DNA of 58,922 bases, counting the filler. It is 5 parts of 5 records of this genome, joined end to end, with 100 filler letters (N's around TTAATTAATTAA, not from the genome) between each part and the next. Parts side by side here need not be neighbours in the genome. Positions count along the whole stretch, not along the records: positions 27,950 to 51,382 come from SRR31147125_59502; positions 51,483 to 58,922 come from SRR31147125_59534; 3 more parts are not named here. One strand, given 5' to 3'. The notes beneath the pieces were generated by a model, which worked only from the letters and a program-made list of their open reading frames with translations, did not search any database and had not been told where the DNA came from. A program made the translations under genes and the position numbers. Shown in pieces: positions 49,005-58,300 of this stretch (position 1 is the first letter of the stretch; each line of letters begins with the position of its first letter).

Positions 49005-51155
49005 ATGCGAAAGATCAAAATCGGAATAGATGTCGGAGGCACTTTTACACACGCGGTAGCCGTGGATATCAGTAATTATTCACTTTGCGGTAAAACCTGT
49101 GTACCCACAACTCATAAAGCCAAAGAAGGTGTGGCCGCAGGCGTTGTTCAGTCCATGCAAGAATTGATCAAAGATACGGGCATCAAAGCAAAAGAAGTGG
49201 TCATGATCGCGCATTCGACCACTCAGGCTACAAATGCTCTGCTTGAAGGTGATGTTGCATCCGCAGGTATTATTCTTCTTGGAAAAGGCACAGAAGGCAG
49301 CATTGGCTTCCGTCAGATTGCAAATGATCGCATTGAATTGGCAGCGGGTAAAATTCTGAAGACTTATACGGAATATATTGACCTTAAAGAAGAATTGACC
49401 GAAAGACGTATCGAAGAAGCGATCGAGATTTTAAAGATCAAAGGTGCAGAAGTTCTTGTAGCTTCTCAGATCTATGGTGTGGATGATCCCAAGAATGAAC
49501 GATTTGTGCTCGAAATAGCTCAAAAGAAGGGTTTTACGGCTTCATCTGCATCTGATATATCACAACTCTACGGTTTGCGTGTTCGCACGCGTACGGCCGT
49601 TATAAACGCCGCTATGATGCCCAAGATGCTCGAGACGGCGAACATGACCGAGAAGGCTGTGCGCGAAAGCGGCATTGATGCACCATTAATGATCATGCGT
49701 TCGGATGGCGGTATCATGGATATCAAAGAAATGCGTAAACGACCCATTCTAACCATGCTGTCCGGACCCGCGGCAGGCGTTGCAGCGGCACTGATGTACG
49801 CGCGCGTTTCGGACGGTATTTTCCTGGAAGTCGGAGGAACGTCGACAGATATTTCCGTGATCAAAAACGGTAAACCACAGATCAAAAGTGCTCAAATCGG
49901 CGGAAATAGATTATTTTTACGTGCTTTGGATGTTAGAACATTAGGAATTGCTGGTGGTTCGACTCCCAGAGTACAGGGGAATAAGATCATTGATGTGGGT
50001 CCGCGTTCAGCACATATTGCCGATCTGCATTATCCATCATTTGACCATGAACACGATTTTTCCGATGTAAAATTGGATACCGTTCAGCCAAGACAAGATG
50101 ATCCGAATGATTATTTATCCATTCACCCAAAAAATGCAAAAGTAGACTTTACTCTGACTCCGACTGAAGCATCACATTTTCTTGGTTTGGCCGGTGATGC
50201 GAACCATGATACGCTCAATAGAGACGGACTTTCAACACTTTTTAACAGTATTGCCAAACAATATGATACAACACCCAATGATCTCGCTGAAAAAATATTG
50301 GATATCTCCTCCAATAAGGTCCGACCAAGCATTAAACAGTTAACTCGTGAATATAAACTCGATTCCGACCTGATCCAGTTCGTCGGGGGAGGCGGGGGAG
50401 CACCTGCTATTGTACCTGCAGCTGCAAAAAGCATGAATTTTCCCTATATGATCGCGGAAAACACGGATGTTATCTCAGCGATCGGTGCAGCACTGGGAAT
50501 TATCCGTGATTCAGTCGAAAAAACGGTCATGGATCCCACAACCGAAGATATTATTGAACTTAGACAACAAGCTATTTCATCCGTACAATCCATGGGTGCC
50601 GATCCGGATACCATTGAAGCAAGCGTCGAAGTGGATGCTAAAAATAATCGCGTGATCGCAACGGCGACAGGTTCGGGTGAAATGCGAACTAAAGACCTGA
50701 AGATAGAAAAACTATCAGAAAAAGAGATACGTGAAACGGCGGCAAATTCATTAAAGACAAGTGCCGATAAATGTGATATAATACTTGAAACCGATGGATT
50801 GTATCTTATTGGTTATAAGGTATATAAGAAGCGTATATTCAGTAATATGGGCAGCAATAAGTTGCATATTCGAGTACTGGATAAGGAAGGTGTTGTCAGG
50901 CTGCAGCTCAAAGATGTAGAGGTCGGTATTTGTACGGCTTCTCAAGCAAAATCGACCTTATTGAACATTGTTGAAGAACTGACATCATACGGAGATGCGG
51001 GAGCTTTGTTGCCCGGAATATACGTTTTGATCGGCGGCCGTATTGTGGATATGACCGGATTGATAGATGAGAAACAATTGACCGCATTGCTGGATATCGA
51101 ACTCCAACATATCCCCGGCGATCAGGAAGTAGCGGTCATAGGAGTGCAAAAATGA
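49005..51155 (+). CDS. Hydantoinase/oxoprolinase A-subunit family ATP-dependent enzyme (stand-alone)
   Basis: GIDVGGTFT, HSTTQATNALL, MRSDGG, LSGPAAG, EVGGTSTD, GGGGG, SAIGAA. Confidence 0.88.
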   Translation: MRKIKIGIDVGGTFTHAVAVDISNYSLCGKTCVPTTHKAKEGVAAGVVQSMQELIKDTGIKAKEVVMIAHSTTQATNALLEGDVASAGIILLGKGTEGSIGFRQIANDRIELAAGKILKTYTEYIDLKEELTERRIEEAIEILKIKGAEVLVASQIYGVDDPKNERFVLEIAQKKGFTASSASDISQLYGLRVRTRTAVINAAMMPKMLETANMTEKAVRESGIDAPLMIMRSDGGIMDIKEMRKRPILTMLSGPAAGVAAALMYARVSDGIFLEVGGTSTDISVIKNGKPQIKSAQIGGNRLFLRALDVRTLGIAGGSTPRVQGNKIIDVGPRSAHIADLHYPSFDHEHDFSDVKLDTVQPRQDDPNDYLSIHPKNAKVDFTLTPTEASHFLGLAGDANHDTLNRDGLSTLFNSIAKQYDTTPNDLAEKILDISSNKVRPSIKQLTREYKLDSDLIQFVGGGGGAPAIVPAAAKSMNFPYMIAENTDVISAIGAALGIIRDSVEKTVMDPTTEDIIELRQQAISSVQSMGADPDTIEASVEVDAKNNRVIATATGSGEMRTKDLKIEKLSEKEIRETAANSLKTSADKCDIILETDGLYLIGYKVYKKRIFSNMGSNKLHIRVLDKEGVVRLQLKDVEVGICTASQAKSTLLNIVEELTSYGDAGALLPGIYVLIGGRIVDMTGLIDEKQLTALLDIELQHIPGDQEVAVIGVQK

Positions 51156-51382
51156 TCTCACAAAATCGTGCTTACAGTCTGGATGCTCTGAGAGGAACAG
51201 CCATACTTTTGATGGTTTTATCAGGTATTCTTCCGCATACTTTACCACATTGGATGTTCCATGCGCAGGTACCGCCCGGACAAGGATTCAATCCTTTATT
51301 ACCCGGAATTACCTGGGTGGATCTCGTCTTTCCCTTCTTTTTATTCGTTCTTGGAGCGGCATTTCCCTTCGCTTTTGAAAAA
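51152..51382 (+). CDS. DUF5009 / heparan-alpha-glucosaminide N-acetyltransferase-like membrane protein, 5' part
   Basis: 'RAYSLDALRG.AILLMVLSG...WMFHAQVPP...GITWVDLVFPFFLF..GAAFP'; truncated by the spacer. Confidence 0.85.
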
Positions 51383-51482
51383 NNNNNNNNNNNNNNNNNN
51401 NNNNNNNNNNNNNNNNNNNNNNNNNNTTAATTAATTAANNNNNNNNNNNNNNNNNNNNNNNNNNNNNNNNNNNNNNNNNNNN
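51383..51482. other. Artificial contig spacer
   Basis: N-run with TTAATTAATTAA. Confidence 0.98.
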
Positions 51483-51483
51483 G

Positions 51484-51804
51484 TACAAGATCCTGATCAA
51501 CATGTGCGGCGGACGGCTGCAAAAAACCGTAATGCTGGATCCGTTCCTGGAAGATGCCTGGGGCGTGCTGGTGGCCTGCTGCCCCGATGGCGACTGCGAA
51601 CATAAGGGTAATGAGAAAGCCATCTCTCAAGTCAAAGCGATGAAGCCGATTCTGGAAGCGCTGGAAATCAATCCAGAAAGAATCCATCTGGTACAAATCG
51701 CCCATGGAGATAAAGCGGGATTCCAGAAGGAGATCGATCTATTCATGGAAAAAATCAATGCCCTCGGGCCACTGGAAAACGATACCGTGAAGGCCGACGC
51801 CTAA
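51484..51804 (+). CDS. MvhD/FlpD-type [2Fe-2S] domain, 3' end of a truncated gene
   Basis: 'MCGGR...AWGVLVACCPDGDCEHKGN...LEINPERI' matches the MvhD cysteine pattern; frame open from the contig edge. Confidence 0.75.
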   Translation, partial: YKILINMCGGRLQKTVMLDPFLEDAWGVLVACCPDGDCEHKGNEKAISQVKAMKPILEALEINPERIHLVQIAHGDKAGFQKEIDLFMEKINALGPLENDTVKADA

Positions 51805-51825
51805 TAAAGAGCTCCCCCTCCCTTC

Positions 51826-51849
51826 CCCCTCTCCATGAATGGAGAGGGG
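51826..51849. repeat. Intergenic GC hairpin related to the one at 53210
   Basis: CCCCTCTCCA-TGAA-TGGAGAGGGG. Confidence 0.55.
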
Positions 51850-51949
51850 ACGACCCACGGATTCTTCATGAAGAACATCCACATTTTTCGGACTGCACGA
51901 TCCTAAAAAAGAGACGAAAGAACAAAGAAAGGAAGGAAAATACAATCCT

Positions 51950-53197
51950 ATGAAAATAGACGTTCCTTATGGAAAAGAAAGCATGGTGACGGCTGAAATC
52001 GATGATCGCGTTACCACCTCGTTTCTGGAAGCCAACACTGTTGAAATTACCGACAGCGACCCCTTGATCAAAAATGCCATGGCCAATCCCCACGGCAGCG
52101 GCACGCTCTCCGAGTTCCTTGCCGATGCCGAAGATCTTCTGATCATCGTCAACGACGCCACCCGCCCAACGCCGACCAAAACGGTACTGGACGGCATCTG
52201 GGACGACATCAAGGACATTCCCCACAACTTCATCATCGCCACCGGTGCCCACAGAGGCCCCAGTGAAGAAGAGTATATTCAAATCTTCGGGAAATTTTAT
52301 GAAGAAATCAAAGAGAAAATAATTGTCCACGATGCTAAAAAAGAGGATGAGATGGAGTTCCTGGGCACCTCAAAAAACGGCACCGAGATGTATGTCCACA
52401 AAGCCGGAGTGAAAGCCCACAAGACCATCATTATCGGATCGGTGGAGCCCCACTACTTTGCCGGATATACCGGCGGTAGAAAATCATTCCTGCCGGGGAT
52501 CGCATCGTACAAGACCATTGAGCAGAACCATAAACTGGCCCTCTCCCAAGATGCAAAGGCATTGGCATTGGAAGGAAATCCGGTTCACGAAGATATGATC
52601 GATGCCCTGAATGTCGTAAAAAAAGAAATATTCGCCATCATGACGGTACTGGATAAAAATCACAAGATTTATGCCGTCACAGCCGGCGATATTCATGAAT
52701 CCTTCACTGCCGCCATCGACAGCGCCAACGAGGTGTTTGCCGTACCCATTCCGAAAAAAGCGGACATCGTGGTATCGGTGGTGAAGTTTCCGGCGGATAT
52801 TGATCTCTACCAGGCCCAGAAAGGGCTGGACAACGGAAAACTGGCCCTGAAGGATGATGGTATTTTGATTTTGGTGGCCAAGTGTCGATGCGGGATTGGC
52901 GGAAAGGCGTTTGCCGATCTTCTGGGAAGCTGCGATACCCCCCAGGAAGTGCTGGATACCATTGAGAAGGGGTACAAACTGGGATATCACAAAGCAGCAA
53001 AAATGGCGGAAATCGGGCTGTTTGCCGAAATGTGGGGCGTCACCGATGTGGAGCCGGATGTGATCTCCAAACTCTTTATCAAACCCTTTGATACCCTTCA
53101 GGATGCCCTTGACAAAGCCCTTGAACAGAAAGGAAAAGACGCGGATGTCCTCTTTCTCATGGATGGAAGTCTGACCGTTCCCATGATTTCAAAATAG
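51950..53197 (+). CDS. larA: Nickel-pincer-dependent lactate racemase family protein
   Basis: ND.TRPTPT, IATGAHR, VHDA, PHYFAGYTGGRKSFLPG, GNPVHEDM, DLYQAQKG. Confidence 0.9.
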   Translation: MKIDVPYGKESMVTAEIDDRVTTSFLEANTVEITDSDPLIKNAMANPHGSGTLSEFLADAEDLLIIVNDATRPTPTKTVLDGIWDDIKDIPHNFIIATGAHRGPSEEEYIQIFGKFYEEIKEKIIVHDAKKEDEMEFLGTSKNGTEMYVHKAGVKAHKTIIIGSVEPHYFAGYTGGRKSFLPGIASYKTIEQNHKLALSQDAKALALEGNPVHEDMIDALNVVKKEIFAIMTVLDKNHKIYAVTAGDIHESFTAAIDSANEVFAVPIPKKADIVVSVVKFPADIDLYQAQKGLDNGKLALKDDGILILVAKCRCGIGGKAFADLLGSCDTPQEVLDTIEKGYKLGYHKAAKMAEIGLFAEMWGVTDVEPDVISKLFIKPFDTLQDALDKALEQKGKDADVLFLMDGSLTVPMISK

Positions 53198-53209
53198 AAT
53201 TTTCCATAC

Positions 53210-53297
53210 GCCCCTCTCCCATCAGCTGAGAGGGGCTTGTTCCCCCTTCTCCAACTCCCACAAATTATAGAGCCCGGCAAACACCGGGCGCTTTTTT
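53210..53297 (+). terminator. Two hairpins after larA, the second with a T-tail
   Basis: GCCCCTCTC...GAGAGGGGC (53210-53236) and GCCCGG-CAAACA-CCGGGC-GC-TTTTTT (53272-53297). Confidence 0.6.
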
Positions 53298-53345
53298 CAG
53301 TTCCGGCAGAACAGCTGCCGATCTTTAAAAGAGGACACTAAACAA

Positions 53346-54953
53346 TCAAGGAAGATTGAGAGGGCTCCTTCTATAGACGTCGCCAAAGGGTGACATCAGG
53401 TAAACCGTGATGGCCGCCCCGCCCCCTGCGGCACTCCAGCCATTGGGGGCGTGGAGGGAAAAGATATGCTCAGCAGACTCATTTTTTTCCAGCCGTTTAC
53501 TCCAGGGAAGAACCAGATCCATGAAGGGGTAGTAGGATGAGCTGCAGGATAAATCATAGTTTGAATTGCACTTCAGTATCTGCACAACATAGTTTGCGGG
53601 CAGATCTCCGTCGTTTCTGATTATGACTCTCAATTTAGCATCGTTTAACGTTGTCTCTCCGTCAACTAAAACAGCTTGCACGATTTCGCCGTCGGCTCGG
53701 GTTCTTATGTGCTGAAAATCTGCTATTTTCTTTGTTGTAAAAGAGATGAGTGAATCGGAGATGAGCTTTGCTTCAATGTAGATTTCTGCCATTCCCGCCC
53801 CGGGGAAGTTAAAGCCTTGATGCCGATATGAGAAATAATAGCCCATTTCCGGTGTGAGGATGAACTTCTTATCAAATGAATCAGTTTTCACCCCAATTTC
53901 CACCTGGAAATCCTGAGCTGCAGGGTCCCGGGATTCATGGCTTATTTTGATAACATCTACTGTCATGTCTATTGAAACGAGAGTAGGATTTACATCGTCT
54001 GTATAAGTATCTACTCCCCCTTTAAAACGCACTAATTGGCCATCTGCCACGGATATGATTACTTTTGTTTTTTCTTTACATGCTATATCACCATGTGTGC
54101 TTTGATTACATTCTTTAATATTCGTTACTGATACAATATCACCTGAGTAAACACCATATTGCCCCCCTTGTGATCCAGAGTCTCCCTTTGGACCTTGTGG
54201 ACCGGTTGCGCCGGTGTCTCCCTTTTCACCTTGTGGACCTGCTGGGCCTGTGGCACCAGTATCACCCTTTGGTCCTTGTGGACCAGCTGGGCCTGTAGCT
54301 CCGGTGTTTCCCTTTGCCCCTTGCGAACCGGCCGGGCCTGTCGCGCCGGTATTTCCCTTAGGTCCCTGCGGCCCGGCTGGGCCTGTTGCACCGGTGTTAC
54401 CCTTTGGCCCCTGTGGTCCGGCTGGACCTGTTTTACCGGTATCACCCTTTTCACCTTGCGGACCTGCTGGGCCTGTTGCGCCTGTATCTCCCTTTGGCCC
54501 TTGTGGTCCGGCTGGGCCTGTTTCTCCGGTCTCTCCCTTTTCTCCTTGAAATTTACTACGAAGTTCAACAACGGTGAATTTCAGCAGGTTCGGTTCAGTG
54601 TTGTCAACACCTGTAAATTGTAACGTAATATCATGCTGTATGGATACTGTTTCCGTGATATTTTGGGATAATATGTTCAAATTTGAAACGCTTAAAATGC
54701 CATCCTGTAAACCTGAGGGTTCTCCAAATTGGTTCATATCCAATTCATAGATTTGGCCGCCATGTATGGAATCAAAATCTGTTGCCGTTAGAATGACACT
54801 CAAATTAGTGCTCTCACCGATTAGCATGTTATCAAACCGTAAACTTCCCGGAGTGCCCGTATTGGGCGGAAGGTATGTTGCAGCAGAACAGGTATGGGCA
54901 ATAAAGAGGGTACCGTAGATGGCAATAGTCACTAATTCTCTCAAACTCATCAA
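53346..54953 (-). CDS. Secreted collagen-like protein with a C-terminal module resembling HAP2/GCS1 domains I+III
   Basis: Signal peptide, ~110-aa unknown domain, 43 uninterrupted Gly-X-Y triplets, then a ~270-aa beta-rich module. The HAP2 likeness is a by-eye alignment (confidence ~0.65 for that part). Confidence 0.85.
   Translation of the reverse strand: MMSLRELVTIAIYGTLFIAHTCSAATYLPPNTGTPGSLRFDNMLIGESTNLSVILTATDFDSIHGGQIYELDMNQFGEPSGLQDGILSVSNLNILSQNITETVSIQHDITLQFTGVDNTEPNLLKFTVVELRSKFQGEKGETGETGPAGPQGPKGDTGATGPAGPQGEKGDTGKTGPAGPQGPKGNTGATGPAGPQGPKGNTGATGPAGSQGAKGNTGATGPAGPQGPKGDTGATGPAGPQGEKGDTGATGPQGPKGDSGSQGGQYGVYSGDIVSVTNIKECNQSTHGDIACKEKTKVIISVADGQLVRFKGGVDTYTDDVNPTLVSIDMTVDVIKISHESRDPAAQDFQVEIGVKTDSFDKKFILTPEMGYYFSYRHQGFNFPGAGMAEIYIEAKLISDSLISFTTKKIADFQHIRTRADGEIVQAVLVDGETTLNDAKLRVIIRNDGDLPANYVVQILKCNSNYDLSCSSSYYPFMDLVLPWSKRLEKNESAEHIFSLHAPNGWSAAGGGAAITVYLMSPFGDVYRRSPLNLP
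54159..54545 (-). repeat. Collagen Gly-X-Y repeat, 43 triplets with a 15-aa (45-nt) higher-order unit
   Basis: Seven units of consensus G[PE]K-G[DN][10 protein letters not shown] plus 8 further triplets; units differ at synonymous sites. Confidence 0.95.
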
Positions 54954-55039
54954 TTTTTTTCTCCAAAAAAATATCAGTAATTAAACTCATCCTCATTGGA
55001 TTGATTCTCCCGAAGTTGTCGAAGATCATGCAACCGACT

Positions 55040-55123
55040 CGACATACTGGCCATGGATAGCTTTTAATCAAACCACAGCTTGGCAGTATGTCGTCAAGAA
55101 TTTCTCACGTGAATTTCCGTGAA
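55040..55123 (-). promoter_or_regulatory. Candidate regulatory region of the collagen-like gene
   Basis: Minus strand TTCACG x2 at a 10-bp period, just upstream of a -35-like TTGACG (55097-55092); inverted repeat CGACATACTG(G)CCA...TGGCAGTATGTCG. Confidence 0.4.
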
Positions 55124-55303
55124 AAAAACTATAAACAATTTAAATAATTATCAAATTAATGACCCCGGTGTTGATAGGGTGCGTTTATTTATGAGGAAGG
55201 TGCTTTTTTTTGAGGAGAAACAATACGTATATATCCAGATCGGCCGGGTCGGGGCAATATGAAGGATCTCATCCGGAGTATCAATGATCCGAATCGGAGC
55301 GGG

Positions 55304-58300
55304 CTAGAAAATCTCTTTCAGTTGGGAAAGGCTCTCTTGAAGTTTATCTCTCAAGGGCAACGTCTGGTCACAAGTGGCAAGGACAAAATTTGCTGTTGCA
55401 AAAACTTGCTTCCATCTTGGTTTTTTCGGCAAGGTTTTTTCACTTAGATATTTATCAAGGGTCTGCGTGCGGCAGTAGCCGTCTTTTTCAACATAGACAT
55501 TCCAGATTCGGGACGCTTCGGCAAGCTCAACTTTTGTTGTCTGTGTGGCAGTGGACCACAGATCAACTGAAAGCATCATCACGCGTACTGCCAGCTGACG
55601 TTTCGCATCCATACGGCTATCTTTTTCTTTTGCATTGCGGCTCAACTTTTCAAGCAGCAGATCTATGGCTTTCAAATCATCAAAAACAGCCTTGCTGTTT
55701 TCCGGTTTGGCAGTTTCAAGGGAGATAAGCGTCTCTTCGAGAGCCAGAATCCTTTGTCTGTTCTTATTCAGTTCATTGACCAATGATACAGAAGATATCG
55801 CATGGTGAAAGTTGCCTGTTGTTGGGGATTGTCGCAGGATCATGAGGTGCAACAGTTCCTCTTCCAGTTCAAGGGTTGTTATAAACACAACGCCTTTAAA
55901 ATTCCGTCCATCTGCTTTTTTTATTGTGAAATCATGATAGCTCCCTTTTTTTACGGGAGTTGCAGGCATTTCAAACAAGTCATGGATAATGCGTTGTACC
56001 TCCTTGTTTTTCTGATCATCAATAAGTGCACGAAAAGGTTTCCCAAGGAGCTTTCCAGCGGTGTGGCCGGTCAAGGATTCAAATGAGTGGTTGCAGAAAC
56101 TGATCTCCAGACTCTGGTTGAGGGCAAAAATGGCATCATCTATGGTATTGAGCATTTCCGATAACCTATGCTGCATCAATTTTAACTCATGCTCCGTCTG
56201 TCGGCGCATGGACAGCTCTTTTTTCAGTTTTACATTTTCCTTTTGAATTTCATAGGCCTTCTTCAGTTTCAGTTGCGTTTTGACACGGGCAAGCAGTTCA
56301 TCTTTTGCAAAGGGCTTGGTAAGATAATCATTGGCCCCTGCACCAAACCCTTCAACAAGGTCTTCAATACGGTTCTTTGCGGTGAGCATAATCACAGGAA
56401 TGTCTGAAGCAGAATGTTTTTTTCGCAACTCTCTGCAGACTTCATACCCATTCAAGCCCGGCATCATGATATCCAGCAAAATGACGTCGGGTATATTTCC
56501 CTCTTCAAGAGCCGCCAACGCGTTTTCTCCGTTGCCGGCCGTTTGAACCGGAATACCGGCAAGCTGCAGATGGGACGTGATCATATGGAGATTAACCGCT
56601 TCGTCATCCACTACCAGAACATGATAGTGCGGAGGAATTGCATCCGAATGGCTTAAGGCGGGGCCCTCCGGTTCTTGACCGGTATCTTCCCAATGTGGAA
56701 ACGTTACGGGAATCCGCTTATGGTACCCATCAAGCGCCATATCGATAGGATTTTCTACCGGGAGAGACGCTGTTTCGGATCTCTTCGCCGTCATCTCTTC
56801 GGGTGGTTTGGGTAAGGTAAAGCGGAATACAGCCCCTTTACCTTTGTCGGAGTCAACCTGAATGACGCCCCTGTGGAGTTCAACCAGTTTTCGGGTAATA
56901 GGGAGCCCAAGTCCTGTTCCTCCTGTGGTTGTTTTTTTGAATGGAGAGACCTGTTCAAAAGATTCAAAAATCAGTTCATGGAGCTCCTGTGGAATGCCGA
57001 TTCCAGTATCTGCAATGGAGATTTCAACCTGATCGTTCACTTCAACTGCTGAAATGGTTATGCGGCCCTCTTCGGTAAATTTTACGGCATTGCCCACCAG
57101 ATTAAAAATCTGCTCCAGTCTCTCTTCATCTGCATAAACAGTTGAAATATCATGGGGGATTTCATTGACGAGAATTAAACGTTTGCCTTTGGCAAGCTCC
57201 CTGGATACCGCCAGTACGGTTTCTGCCACATGGAATATATTTACCGATTTTTGTTGTAAAATGATGTCTTTATGTTTTAGCCGGGAAAAATCAAGCACAT
57301 CGTTGACCAGATTGGAAAGCCGTTTGCCGCTGGCCATGATGATTTTAATATTTTCCGACGCAACGGCTGATAATTTCCCTCCGGATCCTGAGAGAAGTGC
57401 CTCGGAAATGCCAATCATGCCGGCAAGGGGGGTTTTCAGCTCATGGGAGGTATTTGCCAGGAATTCATCCTTGACCCTGTCCAGATTGAGCAGCCGACGG
57501 TTTGTTGTCTCCAGCTTTTTGGATAACTTTTCAACCGTGGAAAGGGCGTGTGAAAAGCGTAAGGATATGAAAAATGAGTAGGATAGAATAAAAATGAACG
57601 CGCCATATGGATCAGGAATCAGTGCGACTGAATTGATGATATTGAGGTCCAGCAAGATCTCATTGATTTCCGAGATCCCTAAAACCGTGTATCCGGGGAT
57701 CAGAAATCGTGCCCCTTCCTCTTTCTTGATCAAATCAGTGGCAAATGAGTAAAATAAATAAACAAACGCCGTTCGGGTCACGATGAAATAGAGCAGCGGC
57801 ATCCAATCGTAAGCATTTGGAGGCGTAAAAAGGATATATGCAATGTAAAGCGCGCCCAGAGTGATATAAACTCTCTCAACGATTGTTGCATGTCTCTTGG
57901 GAAAAAGGGCATGATAAAAGAGTATCAAAAGCGGAATCGTCAACCCGAATGGAAGAAGTGTCAGATCAATGGATACGCGCCACGGCAATTCCGGAAACAG
58001 TGTGGCCATTAAAAAGCCACCGCTTACACCGAAAACCGTACTCAAATACCACATAAGACAGTATAGCCCGAAATAGAGATTTGTTTTTTCGGATCGTCTC
58101 ATGGAAAACAGCACCAAATGGTAGAGGCCCATGACGAGAAGTGCCCCTCCCATGAGAGCTGTGGATATCCATTTTTTGTTCAGTTTTTTTTGAACTTGAT
58201 CTTGGGGCCCCAAGAGGATGGGGACGTTAATACCGCCCTGTAAATTATGGTAATTTGAAACTTGAAGGATGAGATCAATGCTCCCACCGGAAGAGATAAA

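Noticed and set aside
54125-54623. Overlapping repetitive ORFs (PCGPAGPV..., CWAC..., AQQAQ...) over the collagen tract, and a possible CRISPR-like periodicity
   Set aside because: Alternative-frame shadows of the Gly-X-Y repeat; no unique spacers
53346-54953. Functional cell-cell fusogen
   Set aside because: Domain II, the fusion loops and a TM anchor appear absent, so membrane fusion is not supported even if the HAP2 homology holds
55020-55100. Cyclic-dinucleotide (GEMM) riboswitch in the collagen gene leader
   Set aside because: A stem is present but I could not find the characteristic GEMM motifs; an Rfam scan would settle it
57085-57120. Apparent one-residue deletion in the kinase N-box (LEQIFNLVGN)
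   Set aside because: Falls in a T-run in error-prone data; cannot be interpreted as biological
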